Of a stretch of 12,353 nucleotides of DNA, positions 1-8,753 are shown one piece after another. Position 1 is the stretch's first letter, and every line of letters begins with the position of its first letter. The notes under the pieces were generated by a model. That model did not search any database. It was given only the letters and a program-made list of their open reading frames with translations, and was not told the origin of the DNA. The position numbers and the translations under genes were made by a program. This DNA comes from Silvanigrellaceae bacterium (lineage in GTDB: Bacteria > Bdellovibrionota_B > Oligoflexia > Silvanigrellales > Silvanigrellaceae), in assembly GCA_049423385.1 (NCBI GenBank), contig JBMSQQ010000099.1, positions 1-12,353 of the forward strand, written 5' to 3'.

Positions 1-1571
1 AAGTGAAGTTTGCTGCACCAGAACAACGGATTCATCTCTGACAGCGTGTCGCCATAAGCGCGTTTCCATGAATCACTCATCAAGGTCGACAATTCATCAG
101 GAGACAAAGTGCGCTCGCTGCGTTTTTCGTAGAATGACTTTTCAAACCAAAAACGGGCAGGAATGTTCAACAGGAATGCTTCTGCACTGCCCAAATCGCC
201 CCACAGCACTTGCCGCTTTTCTTCGGCAGACCTGGCCTTCTTCAACAACACGTCACTCACCACGGTTTCCGCAAAAATACTCGCCGTCTCGGCAAGCGTC
301 ATCGGATAATAAGTTTCCGGAAGTGGCAGATCACGCATGACCCAATTGTGAAATGCGTGACCCAATTCGTGGGCCAGGGTTCCAACGTCTTCAAGGCTTC
401 CCTTGTACGTCATGTACACCCGTGGGGTGCGCGATTTGGCAAAGCGCGTGCAATAGGCACCGGGCCGCTTGTTGTTGCTCACTGAACCTTCGATCCAACC
501 GTTGCGCACCATCACATCGACAAACTCACCCATCTCGGGATCAACATCGGCAAACGCGCTGCGCACAAGACCAATGGCTTCGTCGAAGGAAATTTTTGTT
601 TCCACTTCCGAAGGTGCAGGCGCAAAAAGATCCCAAGGACCCAGAGCCGGCAATTTCATTTCCTTTGCCTTGATGCGCACAGCTTGTCGGCCGATCTCGG
701 CATTGCCTTCGACAACCTGAATCATCGCATCAAGCGTGCTGCCGGTGATGTGATTCGAATGGAGCGGTTGATCCAAAAACTGGAGCTGCTTTTTGCCGCT
801 GCGCGTGCGGTAATTGTCCAGCCGCCAACCTGCCAGGGCGTTGAGGATGGAAGCACAGGATTCCTTTTGGGTTTCCCACGCACTGTTGATTCCGCGAAAA
901 GACGCCCGACGCTCTTCCGGGTCGGCACTCTGCAGCCCACCTGCGGCCCGCGCCAATCCCATGCTTTCGCTTTTCCCATTGTATACAACCGCGCACTGAA
1001 GCGACGAAGAAATGTTGTCGTACAATGTTCCCCAGGCAGAAGGACCATTCACAGCAAAGCGGGTGAGCAGTTTCTCTGATTCAAGACTCAACAAAAACGG
1101 CGACCACTCGCGTTCCTTGGCAATCAAGAAACGATGAGGAGCAAATTCCGCCCGAGCCAGACAAGCCGTCGCGAAAGCTTCCGGAGACTTTGTCATAATG
1201 AGGGAAAGTGACGTGACGGCCTCACCAAGCCGGGTCATTTGCTGACGCAACACGGCCTGCATTTGCCGAGCCTGAGCATGTCCTCCATCAACACTCAACA
1301 AACACGAAACAAACGTGCCGAGATTGGCACCCAAAACAAACGTTTCGTCTGCAGAGCGCCGAAAGCGGCTGGCAGCCTCGATCAATTCAATATCTTTCTC
1401 GGACAATTGTTCAACACGCTCAACTTCTGCATCGAACAAACCCGACTGTTCGATGATGCGCGCAATCGACTTGTTCAGCAGATCGAGGTCGGAAACAAAT
1501 TCAGGCGAATCCAAATCGCGATACTCTGAATTGTTGTTCCAGTGTGGTCCTTGAAAATTGTCCTGATTCAT
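1..1571 (-). CDS. pepF: Oligoendopeptidase F (peptidase family M3B), 3' end truncated by the window edge
   Basis: Absent from the ORF track because it has no stop codon in the window. Manual translation from ATG 1571 gives MNQDNFQGPHWNNNSEY...KRPGAYCTRFAKSRTPRVYMTYKGSLEDVGTLAHELGHAFHNW...YPMTLAETASIFAE...FWCSKLH. HELGH zinc motif at 357-371 and the AETAS third-ligand motif are M3B-typical. Start, a middle segment and the 3' part were checked and share one frame; not every codon was read. Confidence 0.93.
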   Translation of the reverse strand, partial: MNQDNFQGPHWNNNSEYRDLDSPEFVSDLDLLNKSIARIIEQSGLFDAEVERVEQLSEKDIELIEAASRFRRSADETFVLGANLGTFVSCLLSVDGGHAQARQMQAVLRQQMTRLGEAVTSLSLIMTKSPEAFATACLARAEFAPHRFLIAKEREWSPFLLSLESEKLLTRFAVNGPSAWGTLYDNISSSLQCAVVYNGKSESMGLARAAGGLQSADPEERRASFRGINSAWETQKESCASILNALAGWRLDNYRTRSGKKQLQFLDQPLHSNHITGSTLDAMIQVVEGNAEIGRQAVRIKAKEMKLPALGPWDLFAPAPSEVETKISFDEAIGLVRSAFADVDPEMGEFVDVMVRNGWIEGSVSNNKRPGAYCTRFAKSRTPRVYMTYKGSLEDVGTLAHELGHAFHNWVMRDLPLPETYYPMTLAETASIFAETVVSDVLLKKARSAEEKRQVLWGDLGSAEAFLLNIPARFWFEKSFYEKRSERTLSPDELSTLMSDSWKRAYGDTLSEMNPLFWCSKLH

Positions 1572-1625
1572 TTTGTTCCATTCTTTTATCTGTATTTTTC
1601 GTCGAGGTTCGGCTTTCGACCGGTC

Positions 1626-3194
1626 TTACGGTCTTGGAAGACGCATTTGTTCTGGATTGAAGCGGAAATCGATTCCACGGAATGTCATGTCGAGACGTGG
1701 TGTGTCGAGCGAGTCTCGACCATTCTCTGCACGACACTGTGGACGTGGCATGCCCGTGCGGGCCAGGTATGTTTTCCATTGGGCAGCGCGAAGCTCCGCA
1801 GACACTTCGCGCTCAACAACGATGGAACGGAAAACGTTGAAACTTGGTCGTGGTGTGCGGTGCAGCTCATTTGACCTGTCAACAGACAAGAGTCCGAACT
1901 TGGGACAATAACCATCTGCCCATTCCCAGTTGTCCGACAGCGTCCAGAAAAAATAGCCATCCACGGGCACGCCTGAATCCATCGCGAACTTCACCGCTGC
2001 CAAATGCTCAACAAGATAGGCTCCGCGCAGAACGTCCGTGGAATCGGAAATACCATTTTCCGTGACCACAAAACTGAGTTCGTTGCGCTCTTTTTTGCGG
2101 GAAATTTTCTGAACGTTGTAGCGATGATTGTATTCAACCAACAAAAGAGCCAAACCGGCGGGAAAAACAGCCCGGCCGGATTCGCTGTATTCGGCCCGAT
2201 CCACAAACGCCGCACCCAGTCCCTTGACGACTTCCTGCCCGTAATAATTGATTCCCAGAAAATCGAGCTTGCCTGCAGTTTTATCGGTGAAAACAAATTT
2301 TGAAATAGAATCAAAATACCTGGCAGACGGCCAGTCAAACCAACTTGCTCCAATATTGAAGCTGATGTTGTGGGCCAATCCGACCCGTGCCGGTTGTCCA
2401 TGCTGAAATGGATTCGTGGCGGAAGCCTTCGCGCGATCGAAAGCATGAATCATGTCGTAAATGCGATTGTGCGCCTTCGCGATGTTTTCGAGCGAAGCCC
2501 AATAGGCTCCTCGCACAACCAATGGAACCGATATCAATCCACCCAAACGCTGTTTTCCGCCGGGCGGCCAAATGCCTGCAACATCCGAGAGAAGGGCAAA
2601 TACAGTCGGTTCATTGAAGGTGATCCATTCATCAACCAGTCCCGAACATTCGCGCACAACGTCTTCGGCGAACCGCACAAAGGCATCAGAAACTTCTGGA
2701 TTCACCCAGCCACCCTTCTCAACCGCCCAGCCGGGCAACGAGTGGTGAAACAGAGTGACCACAGGTTCCATCCCGCGACCACGAATCATCCGAAGGATTT
2801 CCTTGTAACGCATCAAAGCCTGCTTGTTTTGAATTCCGGCAGGACAATTTCCAGCCTCGCCACACCTGGCGCTTCCGGGTTCGTTGGGAACAAGACGCCC
2901 CCAATCCAAGGCGAGGCGAAGTGTCTTGACTCCTGATGCCTGAGCCCAGTTGAGTTCGGTTTCCGGTTCGCTCCAGAAGCGCAATCGCTCTTCCGGATTG
3001 TCTGCGTTTTTCCAGGCCGCAACCCCACCTGCACGGGCGAATTCCACCCAGGAATCCTCGAGTGCATCCTCACTGTGCGCAGGCGCGGTTGCGAGCCCAA
3101 AGACAAATGGTTTGTCTTTGAACGAAATGCTTTGCGCAGACGCTGGCAAAGACAAAACTGTAAGCAACATGATGAGGCTACGGACCAATATCAT
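1626..3194 (-). CDS. Glycoside hydrolase family 1, SFR2-like, with predicted Sec signal peptide
   Basis: GH1 catalytic motifs TFNEP (2607-2621) and VTENG (2052-2066), plus TLFHHSLP and WTLSDNWEWADGY. Start moved from the track's TTG 3299 to ATG 3194, which has SD-like GAGAGG upstream and begins MILVRSLIMLLTVLSLPASA-QS (hydrophobic core, AxA cleavage site). Confidence 0.92.
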   Translation of the reverse strand: MILVRSLIMLLTVLSLPASAQSISFKDKPFVFGLATAPAHSEDALEDSWVEFARAGGVAAWKNADNPEERLRFWSEPETELNWAQASGVKTLRLALDWGRLVPNEPGSARCGEAGNCPAGIQNKQALMRYKEILRMIRGRGMEPVVTLFHHSLPGWAVEKGGWVNPEVSDAFVRFAEDVVRECSGLVDEWITFNEPTVFALLSDVAGIWPPGGKQRLGGLISVPLVVRGAYWASLENIAKAHNRIYDMIHAFDRAKASATNPFQHGQPARVGLAHNISFNIGASWFDWPSARYFDSISKFVFTDKTAGKLDFLGINYYGQEVVKGLGAAFVDRAEYSESGRAVFPAGLALLLVEYNHRYNVQKISRKKERNELSFVVTENGISDSTDVLRGAYLVEHLAAVKFAMDSGVPVDGYFFWTLSDNWEWADGYCPKFGLLSVDRSNELHRTPRPSFNVFRSIVVEREVSAELRAAQWKTYLARTGMPRPQCRAENGRDSLDTPRLDMTFRGIDFRFNPEQMRLPRP

Positions 3195-3270
3195 GAAACC
3201 TCTCAAACACGGCCGAACATCAAATCCAAAACCCAGGCCATCCGAAGATCGAAAACCCCGGAAGCTGCGG

Positions 3271-3299
3271 AGACTATTGCTTTGTATTGGCCTCGTCAA
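3271..3299 (-). promoter_or_regulatory. Candidate sigma70 promoter for the GH1 (and pepF) genes
   Basis: Minus strand TTGACG (3299-3294), 17-nt spacer, TAGTCT (3276-3271) in the 137-nt gap between the photolyase stop and ATG 3194. Confidence 0.55.
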
Positions 3300-3331
3300 C
3301 GACCAATATTCAACGATATTTTCTTGTGATT

Positions 3332-5023
3332 TTAGACAGATAACCTACCAAGCCAAGCCTGCATCCTGAGCTTTTTTTGCGCCGATGCCGTCGACATGCT
3401 GCGCACCAGCCCAAAGGGTTCACGCGCCGGAGGCCAAGGTCTGTCGTATTTTCCAAGGCACCAATAGATCCCCGTATATGAATTCGGATCACGTCCATCG
3501 AGAGAGTACTTGTTGTTGAGGTACTCCATGCGCTGCAAGGCTTCCTCGGGTCCGTTGGACCAGCGAACGATGCCCTTGCCCCAGAGCATCCGCATGTAAT
3601 TGTGAATCACTCCCGTGCGCAACAACTCACGTTGCGCAGCATTCCAAACCGGATCCGGACTTTGTCCCGCCTCGAGCTTCTCAAGCTCAACCTGACGCGA
3701 ACTTGGCGGAGTGAATTTCCGCAGGGTCTCGGCTGCCCAGTTTGGAACAAGTTGCAAACTCCCCAATGCGATTCCCGAACGATAGGCATAGTGTGACATG
3801 TTCTGTCCCAGCTCACGCCAGGTGACGAGTTCATCGATGAATTTGCCGGCAGATGTTTCAGCATGAATCTGCTCCGCACTTTCAACGCCCATGCGTTTTG
3901 CGGTCTCCGCCAGAATCGTTCGACTGTGGATCATTCCAAAATGCAGCCAAGGAGAAAGGCGTGAGGAACAAGCCTCATCGGGATGATTTCGTTCCTCTCC
4001 ATATCTTCCAATGTCATTTTTCAAGAATTGTTGCAGGCGTTTCAATGCCGGCGCTTCCCCACCCAGGAAAACGGAACTCCCAAAAACGCTGGGGCTGACA
4101 CGAGCAAAGGCACTGATGGCCCTGCCATATTCAAGCGCATCAAAATTTCGCGTGCCGACCGTGTCACCCAGCAGCAATTCGCCATCCAAAGCCAGCTTGC
4201 GATCAAAGACAAGACGCTCTGCAATCATGCTCTCAATGGCAAGTTTTTCGCGCATGGCAGTGGCAATATAAGGCTTCAATTTTGGCCTTATGAATCGCGC
4301 GGCAGCTTCAACCTTGGCGTATTTGAAGAGCGGAACCAAACCACAATCATCCACCAGAACAAACGGCGCCTCGGCAGCCTTTTTCTCGGTGAGCCGCTTT
4401 GAACGCAATGCGATGTCGGGAAAAATGTAAAACGTGGCCCAATCACAAACGACCGCAGAAGCCCTTTCGAGCAGCTTCGCGACGATTTGGGAATTGCGAA
4501 CCTGTGCCGGCTCACTCAACAAACCGGTCGTGAAAGCCTTCTCGGGAAGCAAGCTCGAATCAATCACCGCCGACACGTTTTTTTCCGGGTCGACACGCGG
4601 ATCGGCTCCCTGCGGCACGAAGATGTAACCATCCAGCTGCGCAGAGTTGTGTGATGCTCCCTGACCGACAAAAGAATGGACCCGCTCACTCGACCACGGC
4701 GCATTGCCCGACATGGCCTCAATCACCAATACCGGCTTTTTAAGCCATTTTGAAAGAACGCCCGCAACAGCAAGCCCGGCGTTGTCGCTCGAACGCCTTT
4801 GGACGGTCATCAGATAAACAACGTAGTCGCCTTCGACAGGCTGGGAACGCGCTGCTTTGTTCAGCACCGAGGCCAGTTTGAGAGCATCCGCAGGGGCTGA
4901 AGTCCAGGAAGTGAGGGGCTGCGGATCTCGCGCATCGCCATCACCAAAAACCAACACGCGGTCGAGAAACAACCCACGTTCAGCCAATTCCCCGCAAAAA
5001 CGCTGCGCCTGTTGATTGCCCAT
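3332..5023 (-). CDS. phr: Class II CPD (deoxyribodipyrimidine) photolyase
   Basis: Class II C-terminal signature DPVWNAAQRELLRTGVIHNYMRMLWGKGIVRW...YLNNKYSLDGRDPNSYTGIYWCLGKYDRPW...FGLVRSMS, SRLSPWLHFGMI, and N-terminal VVYLMTVQRRSSDN. Start set at ATG 5023 (AAGGA upstream); the track's TTG 5104 overlaps the divergent aroC start. Confidence 0.92.
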   Translation of the reverse strand: MGNQQAQRFCGELAERGLFLDRVLVFGDGDARDPQPLTSWTSAPADALKLASVLNKAARSQPVEGDYVVYLMTVQRRSSDNAGLAVAGVLSKWLKKPVLVIEAMSGNAPWSSERVHSFVGQGASHNSAQLDGYIFVPQGADPRVDPEKNVSAVIDSSLLPEKAFTTGLLSEPAQVRNSQIVAKLLERASAVVCDWATFYIFPDIALRSKRLTEKKAAEAPFVLVDDCGLVPLFKYAKVEAAARFIRPKLKPYIATAMREKLAIESMIAERLVFDRKLALDGELLLGDTVGTRNFDALEYGRAISAFARVSPSVFGSSVFLGGEAPALKRLQQFLKNDIGRYGEERNHPDEACSSRLSPWLHFGMIHSRTILAETAKRMGVESAEQIHAETSAGKFIDELVTWRELGQNMSHYAYRSGIALGSLQLVPNWAAETLRKFTPPSSRQVELEKLEAGQSPDPVWNAAQRELLRTGVIHNYMRMLWGKGIVRWSNGPEEALQRMEYLNNKYSLDGRDPNSYTGIYWCLGKYDRPWPPAREPFGLVRSMSTASAQKKLRMQAWLGRLSV

Positions 5024-5097
5024 GAGCCATTTTCCTTTACTCTTGAGGTGGCCCTCGTCTCGGGCTAGATCAACCACAATGTGAAACGGGGCGGACG

Positions 5098-6240
5098 ATG
5101 GCAAGTCAAATTGGGGTTATTTTCAAGGTCAGCACATTTGGTGAATCCCACGGACCAGCGGTTGGCTGCGTTGTCGACGGTTGTCCTGCCGGAGTTCCGC
5201 TCGACACGAAAGTTATTCAAGCCGAACTGAATCGCCGCAGACCAGGGCAAAACAAATTCACCACGGCGCGCAATGAGCCCGACACATGCAAAATACTTTC
5301 GGGTGTGGAAAACGGAATCACGCTCGGAACACCCATCGCAATCGTCGTGGAGAACAAGGATGCACGCCCCGCTGACTATTCAGACTCGCAATCCATCTTT
5401 CGTCCAGGCCACGCCGATTACACGTATCACGTGAAATTTGGAGTCTCGGCCCGCAGTGGTGGTGGCAGAGCCAGCGCCCGCGAGACGATTGGCCGTGTTG
5501 CAGCGGGAGCCGTCGCCAAGCAGATGCTTAAAAAAATCTGCGGAGAGAAAATTGCGGTTCATGCCTGGGTTCAGCGCATCGCCCATATCGATTGTGGAAA
5601 CGTGACCCGGCCATTGCCCACTGACTCCATTGAGTCCTCTGATTTGAGAACACCGCATCCGGAAGCTGAAGCCAAAATGAAGGAACACCTCGAGAGCCTG
5701 ATGCAGGCTGGTGACACTGCAGGTGGATTGATTCGCTGTGTGGTTGAGGGTGTGCAAACGGGCTGGGGCGAACCCGTCTTCGACAAACTCGAGGCAGAAT
5801 TGGCAAAAGCCATGCTGAGTCTTCCTGCGTCCAAAAGCTTCGAAATCGGTTCAGGGATTGCGGGCACATTCAGATCGGGTTCCGAAGAAAACGATGCGTT
5901 CATCCAATCCGACAGCGGCAAGACAATCACCCGCACCAACAACAGCGGTGGCATCCAGGGTGGAATCAGCAATGGCATGGACATTGAGTTTTCCGTGGGA
6001 TTCAAACCGGTCTCATCCATTCGACAAGCACAGGACTCGGTTTCCAAAGATGGCAAACCCCAAAAGCTGGAGATTCAAAAAGGCCGGCATGATCCCTGCG
6101 TCCTGCCAAGAGCCGTGCCGATTGTTGAAGCCATGACCTGGCTCACGTTGGCTGATCACGCACTGCGGGCTGCACTCAACCGAGTTGATTCGCTGGCAGG
6201 TTTCATGACTTCAAATCATCAAATGCAGAGTCCATCATGA
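5098..6240 (+). CDS. aroC: Chorismate synthase
   Basis: Signatures STFGESHG, RRRPGQ, RPGHADYT, GGGRASARET, TNNSGGIQGGISNG, GRHDPCVLPRAVPIVEAM. Confidence 0.98.
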   Translation: MASQIGVIFKVSTFGESHGPAVGCVVDGCPAGVPLDTKVIQAELNRRRPGQNKFTTARNEPDTCKILSGVENGITLGTPIAIVVENKDARPADYSDSQSIFRPGHADYTYHVKFGVSARSGGGRASARETIGRVAAGAVAKQMLKKICGEKIAVHAWVQRIAHIDCGNVTRPLPTDSIESSDLRTPHPEAEAKMKEHLESLMQAGDTAGGLIRCVVEGVQTGWGEPVFDKLEAELAKAMLSLPASKSFEIGSGIAGTFRSGSEENDAFIQSDSGKTITRTNNSGGIQGGISNGMDIEFSVGFKPVSSIRQAQDSVSKDGKPQKLEIQKGRHDPCVLPRAVPIVEAMTWLTLADHALRAALNRVDSLAGFMTSNHQMQSPS

Positions 6241-7223
6241 GCCAGCGCGTTGATGCGATAAAATTCATATCCGAGTTGCAGTCGGCGAAGGAAAACCCGC
6301 GGCTCAAGATAGTCCTCACCGACAACTCGCTCATCCGCAAATTGATTGCAGACAGGCTTCACAGGCTTGCGGGTGTGCGTCCTCAACTCTTCTCCGGCAA
6401 GTCTGCAGTTCAGGAAGCAGTGGAATCATTGTCAACAGGAGATCTGTTTGGCGAGCCTGCTCCAGCCTGGATCGAACTTTCCGAAAAAATGAGCGCGAAA
6501 CAATGGACGGAAGCTGCGGGACAATTCTCTCTCCTCAGTGAACCTGCGCGCCAGGAATTGTTTGTCCTGGCACCTGCTGCCAATCGGCATGGCGCACCCG
6601 AGGCCAAGGCACTGCCATGGAACGCGGAAGTTTTGGTGATTTATGAACCACAGCGTTCGGAAGGGCTCGAGATCCTAGCGATGCTCGCACCCAGGCATGG
6701 ACAAGTCATCAGCCAGGCCGGAAAATCGCAAATCCAACAATGGTGCATTGCCGCCTACGAACACTACAGTGCAGATCTCGAAGCTTGCGACCTTCATTTT
6801 GAACGGATGGCAAAGGGGCATCTTGCGTTCGAAGCTGCTTTTGTAGCCAAGACCAGCCTCGATGCATTCGATCTCGTCGAGGCATTCTCCACTGGCGACA
6901 TCAGCCTAGTGCATCTGCGCATGGCTCAACTTGAGCAGACTGGCGAAGACACCAGCAGTATTCTGTCGGTTTTTGCCTATACCGGACGCCAGGTTGTCGC
7001 ATTTCAGTCTGCACTGGCCAAGACAGGGAACGTTCGTTCAGCTCATGAGCAGGTTAAAACCCCTTACCCTTCCCAAGCCCGTATTGAGCGTCTGGCGAAA
7101 CTTGTGTCGACAGACAAATGGGCCCGTTTTTTTCTGGCAGCAGCGGAACTTGAGCTGCGTTGTCGAAACCAGCGCGACGCCCACAGTTGGCTGGCTGTCG
7201 AGCTGACTGGCCTTCTCTCCTGA
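6237..7223 (+). CDS. holA: Probable DNA polymerase III delta subunit (diverged)
   Basis: 328 aa, ATGA overlap with aroC. HolA-like elements: ESLSTGDLFG (SLF-type clamp-contact motif), DAFDLVEAFSTGD starting the C-terminal domain, and a helical C-terminus ending AAELELRCR...WLAVEL. Similarity is weak, so the call is tentative. Confidence 0.62.
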   Translation: MSQRVDAIKFISELQSAKENPRLKIVLTDNSLIRKLIADRLHRLAGVRPQLFSGKSAVQEAVESLSTGDLFGEPAPAWIELSEKMSAKQWTEAAGQFSLLSEPARQELFVLAPAANRHGAPEAKALPWNAEVLVIYEPQRSEGLEILAMLAPRHGQVISQAGKSQIQQWCIAAYEHYSADLEACDLHFERMAKGHLAFEAAFVAKTSLDAFDLVEAFSTGDISLVHLRMAQLEQTGEDTSSILSVFAYTGRQVVAFQSALAKTGNVRSAHEQVKTPYPSQARIERLAKLVSTDKWARFFLAAAELELRCRNQRDAHSWLAVELTGLLS

Positions 7224-7274
7224 AATCTGATTCAATTGAAGGCAAGCCAAGTTTGAAAAGAGGTTGAACCGCGC

Positions 7275-8753
7275 ATGCAAACAGATGGTCAGGAAGTCTC
7301 AAAAACATTGCGTGTCCTGCAAAACATCAGGGTTTACCTGGTTGAAGACGATCTCCCCACGGCTCGCGTCTACCAGAAGCTCCTTCAGGATGCAGGTGCC
7401 ATCGTCGAACACTTTGCCACCGCATCGTCATTTCACGATCGCATGAAAAACAGCGACGAATGGGAAGGCCATGACTCCCTGCGTCCACAACTTGTGCTTG
7501 TCGACCTGATCCTACCGGACGGTTCGGGATTGGAACTTATCGAACTGTGGCACAAACGCTGGCCACACATTCCGGTGATTGCCATCACGGCCTATGCAAC
7601 GGTCGACACCGCGGTCACCGCCATGAAAGCCGGCGCGTTTGATTTTCTTCGCAAACCGATAGAACTGGAAGACCTTGTCCTGGGCATGCAAAAGGCCCAG
7701 CAGCACGGGGAACTGTTGCGCGAAAACAAATCCCTGAACCATGCCGTGCATATTCTGAGCATCGCCCAGACTTTGGCAGGAGTTTCCGAAAAAAAGGCGC
7801 TGCTCAAAACCTATCTCAAGCTCATCACCCGTGAGATCAAAACGAGCGAAGGGTTCTCGTTCTTTTTCGATGCCAACCGCTCCTATCCCGAACTTCTTCT
7901 GGATTTGAGGCAAGCGGGCCAAGGCAGAACCGAACCCCAGGAAGTCATCCAGCAGTCGTTGTCGCCCCTCATTCGAAACAGGGAACCGGTGCCCGAAAAC
8001 TTCGCTGAAGTGGACTCCGTGACTCTCATGCAGCCAAACATAATCGCCGCGAACCAATCTTCCTTCGTCGTGATTGAATTCAAGAGCCCCACCGGCAACA
8101 GCGGCTTCATTGCCCTTTCCAAGGAAGGACTTGCTCAACAAGCGTTGCTTGATGCCCTGCATCAAGTCATGCCGATCACCATGCAGGCAGCTCGCACGTT
8201 TCAAAATCTGGATGTGGCAACATCGCTTTCATTGGTCGACGAACTCACAGGCTTGTACAATCAACGCTTCATGGAAGTTTCGCTGTCGCGGGAAGTGGCA
8301 CGCAGCCAAAGGTACGGAAGCCCTGTCTCACTGCTTTTCCTTGATCTCGATCGTTTCAAATCGATCAACGACACCTTGGGCCACGTCGTTGGCAGTCAGA
8401 TGATCAAGGCCGCCGCAAAGACAATGCGTGATCTCATACGTGATTCGGATCAACTCTTGCGTTATGGCGGCGATGAATTCTGTGTCATTCTGCCAAACAC
8501 AACGCTCGAAGGTGCACACATCTTGGCAGAGCGCATCCGCTGTGTCTTTCATGAAAAGACTTTCAACCTGAGCGATTCAACCGGCGTGACAGACGCCAAC
8601 AAACTGAACATCACCACGAGCATCGGGGTTGCCTGCTTTCCGGAATCGGCACAAACGGTTCAGGAACTCGTCAAGGAGGCGGACGCTGCGATGTATGCAG
8701 CAAAGAAGGCTGGAAAGAACTGCGTGAGTCTTGCACGCACGCAAGCACTTTAG
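7275..8753 (+). CDS. Response-regulator dinucleotide cyclase, REC-middle domain-GGDEF, Hypr/GacA type (candidate 3',3'-cGAMP synthase)
   Basis: REC: VYLVEDD, LVLVDLILPDGSG (phosphoacceptor Asp), ITAY, FLRKP. GGDEF: DELTGLYN, DLDRFKSINDTLGHVVGSQ, I-site RDSD (8439-8450), GGDEF (8466-8480), ADAAMYAAKKAGKN. Ser (AGT 8394-8396) replaces the canonical GHxxGD Asp. Confidence 0.9.
   Translation: MQTDGQEVSKTLRVLQNIRVYLVEDDLPTARVYQKLLQDAGAIVEHFATASSFHDRMKNSDEWEGHDSLRPQLVLVDLILPDGSGLELIELWHKRWPHIPVIAITAYATVDTAVTAMKAGAFDFLRKPIELEDLVLGMQKAQQHGELLRENKSLNHAVHILSIAQTLAGVSEKKALLKTYLKLITREIKTSEGFSFFFDANRSYPELLLDLRQAGQGRTEPQEVIQQSLSPLIRNREPVPENFAEVDSVTLMQPNIIAANQSSFVVIEFKSPTGNSGFIALSKEGLAQQALLDALHQVMPITMQAARTFQNLDVATSLSLVDELTGLYNQRFMEVSLSREVARSQRYGSPVSLLFLDLDRFKSINDTLGHVVGSQMIKAAAKTMRDLIRDSDQLLRYGGDEFCVILPNTTLEGAHILAERIRCVFHEKTFNLSDSTGVTDANKLNITTSIGVACFPESAQTVQELVKEADAAMYAAKKAGKNCVSLARTQAL

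Noticed and set aside
1572..1628. GH1 and pepF share a reading frame separated by a single TAA, suggesting read-through fusion
   Set aside because: pepF has its own ATG at 1571 with a typical N-terminus, and both proteins look complete at the junction; an open 54-nt in-frame gap is expected by chance.
68..1911. Many short ORFs of 60-130 aa, mostly on the plus strand
   Set aside because: Shadow or alternate frames of pepF and GH1 with no recognisable motifs; the same applies to antisense ORFs elsewhere, such as 7512..8204 and 2370..2936.
3195..3299. Longer starts in the ORF track (also 5104, 10773, 10807)
   Set aside because: Non-ATG starts that overlap promoters or neighbouring genes; downstream ATGs have SD sequences and fit family N-termini.
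5043..5071. Possible sigma70 promoter TTGAGG-N17-TAGATC for aroC
   Set aside because: Both hexamers are weak and the -10 lacks the conserved final T; not supportable.
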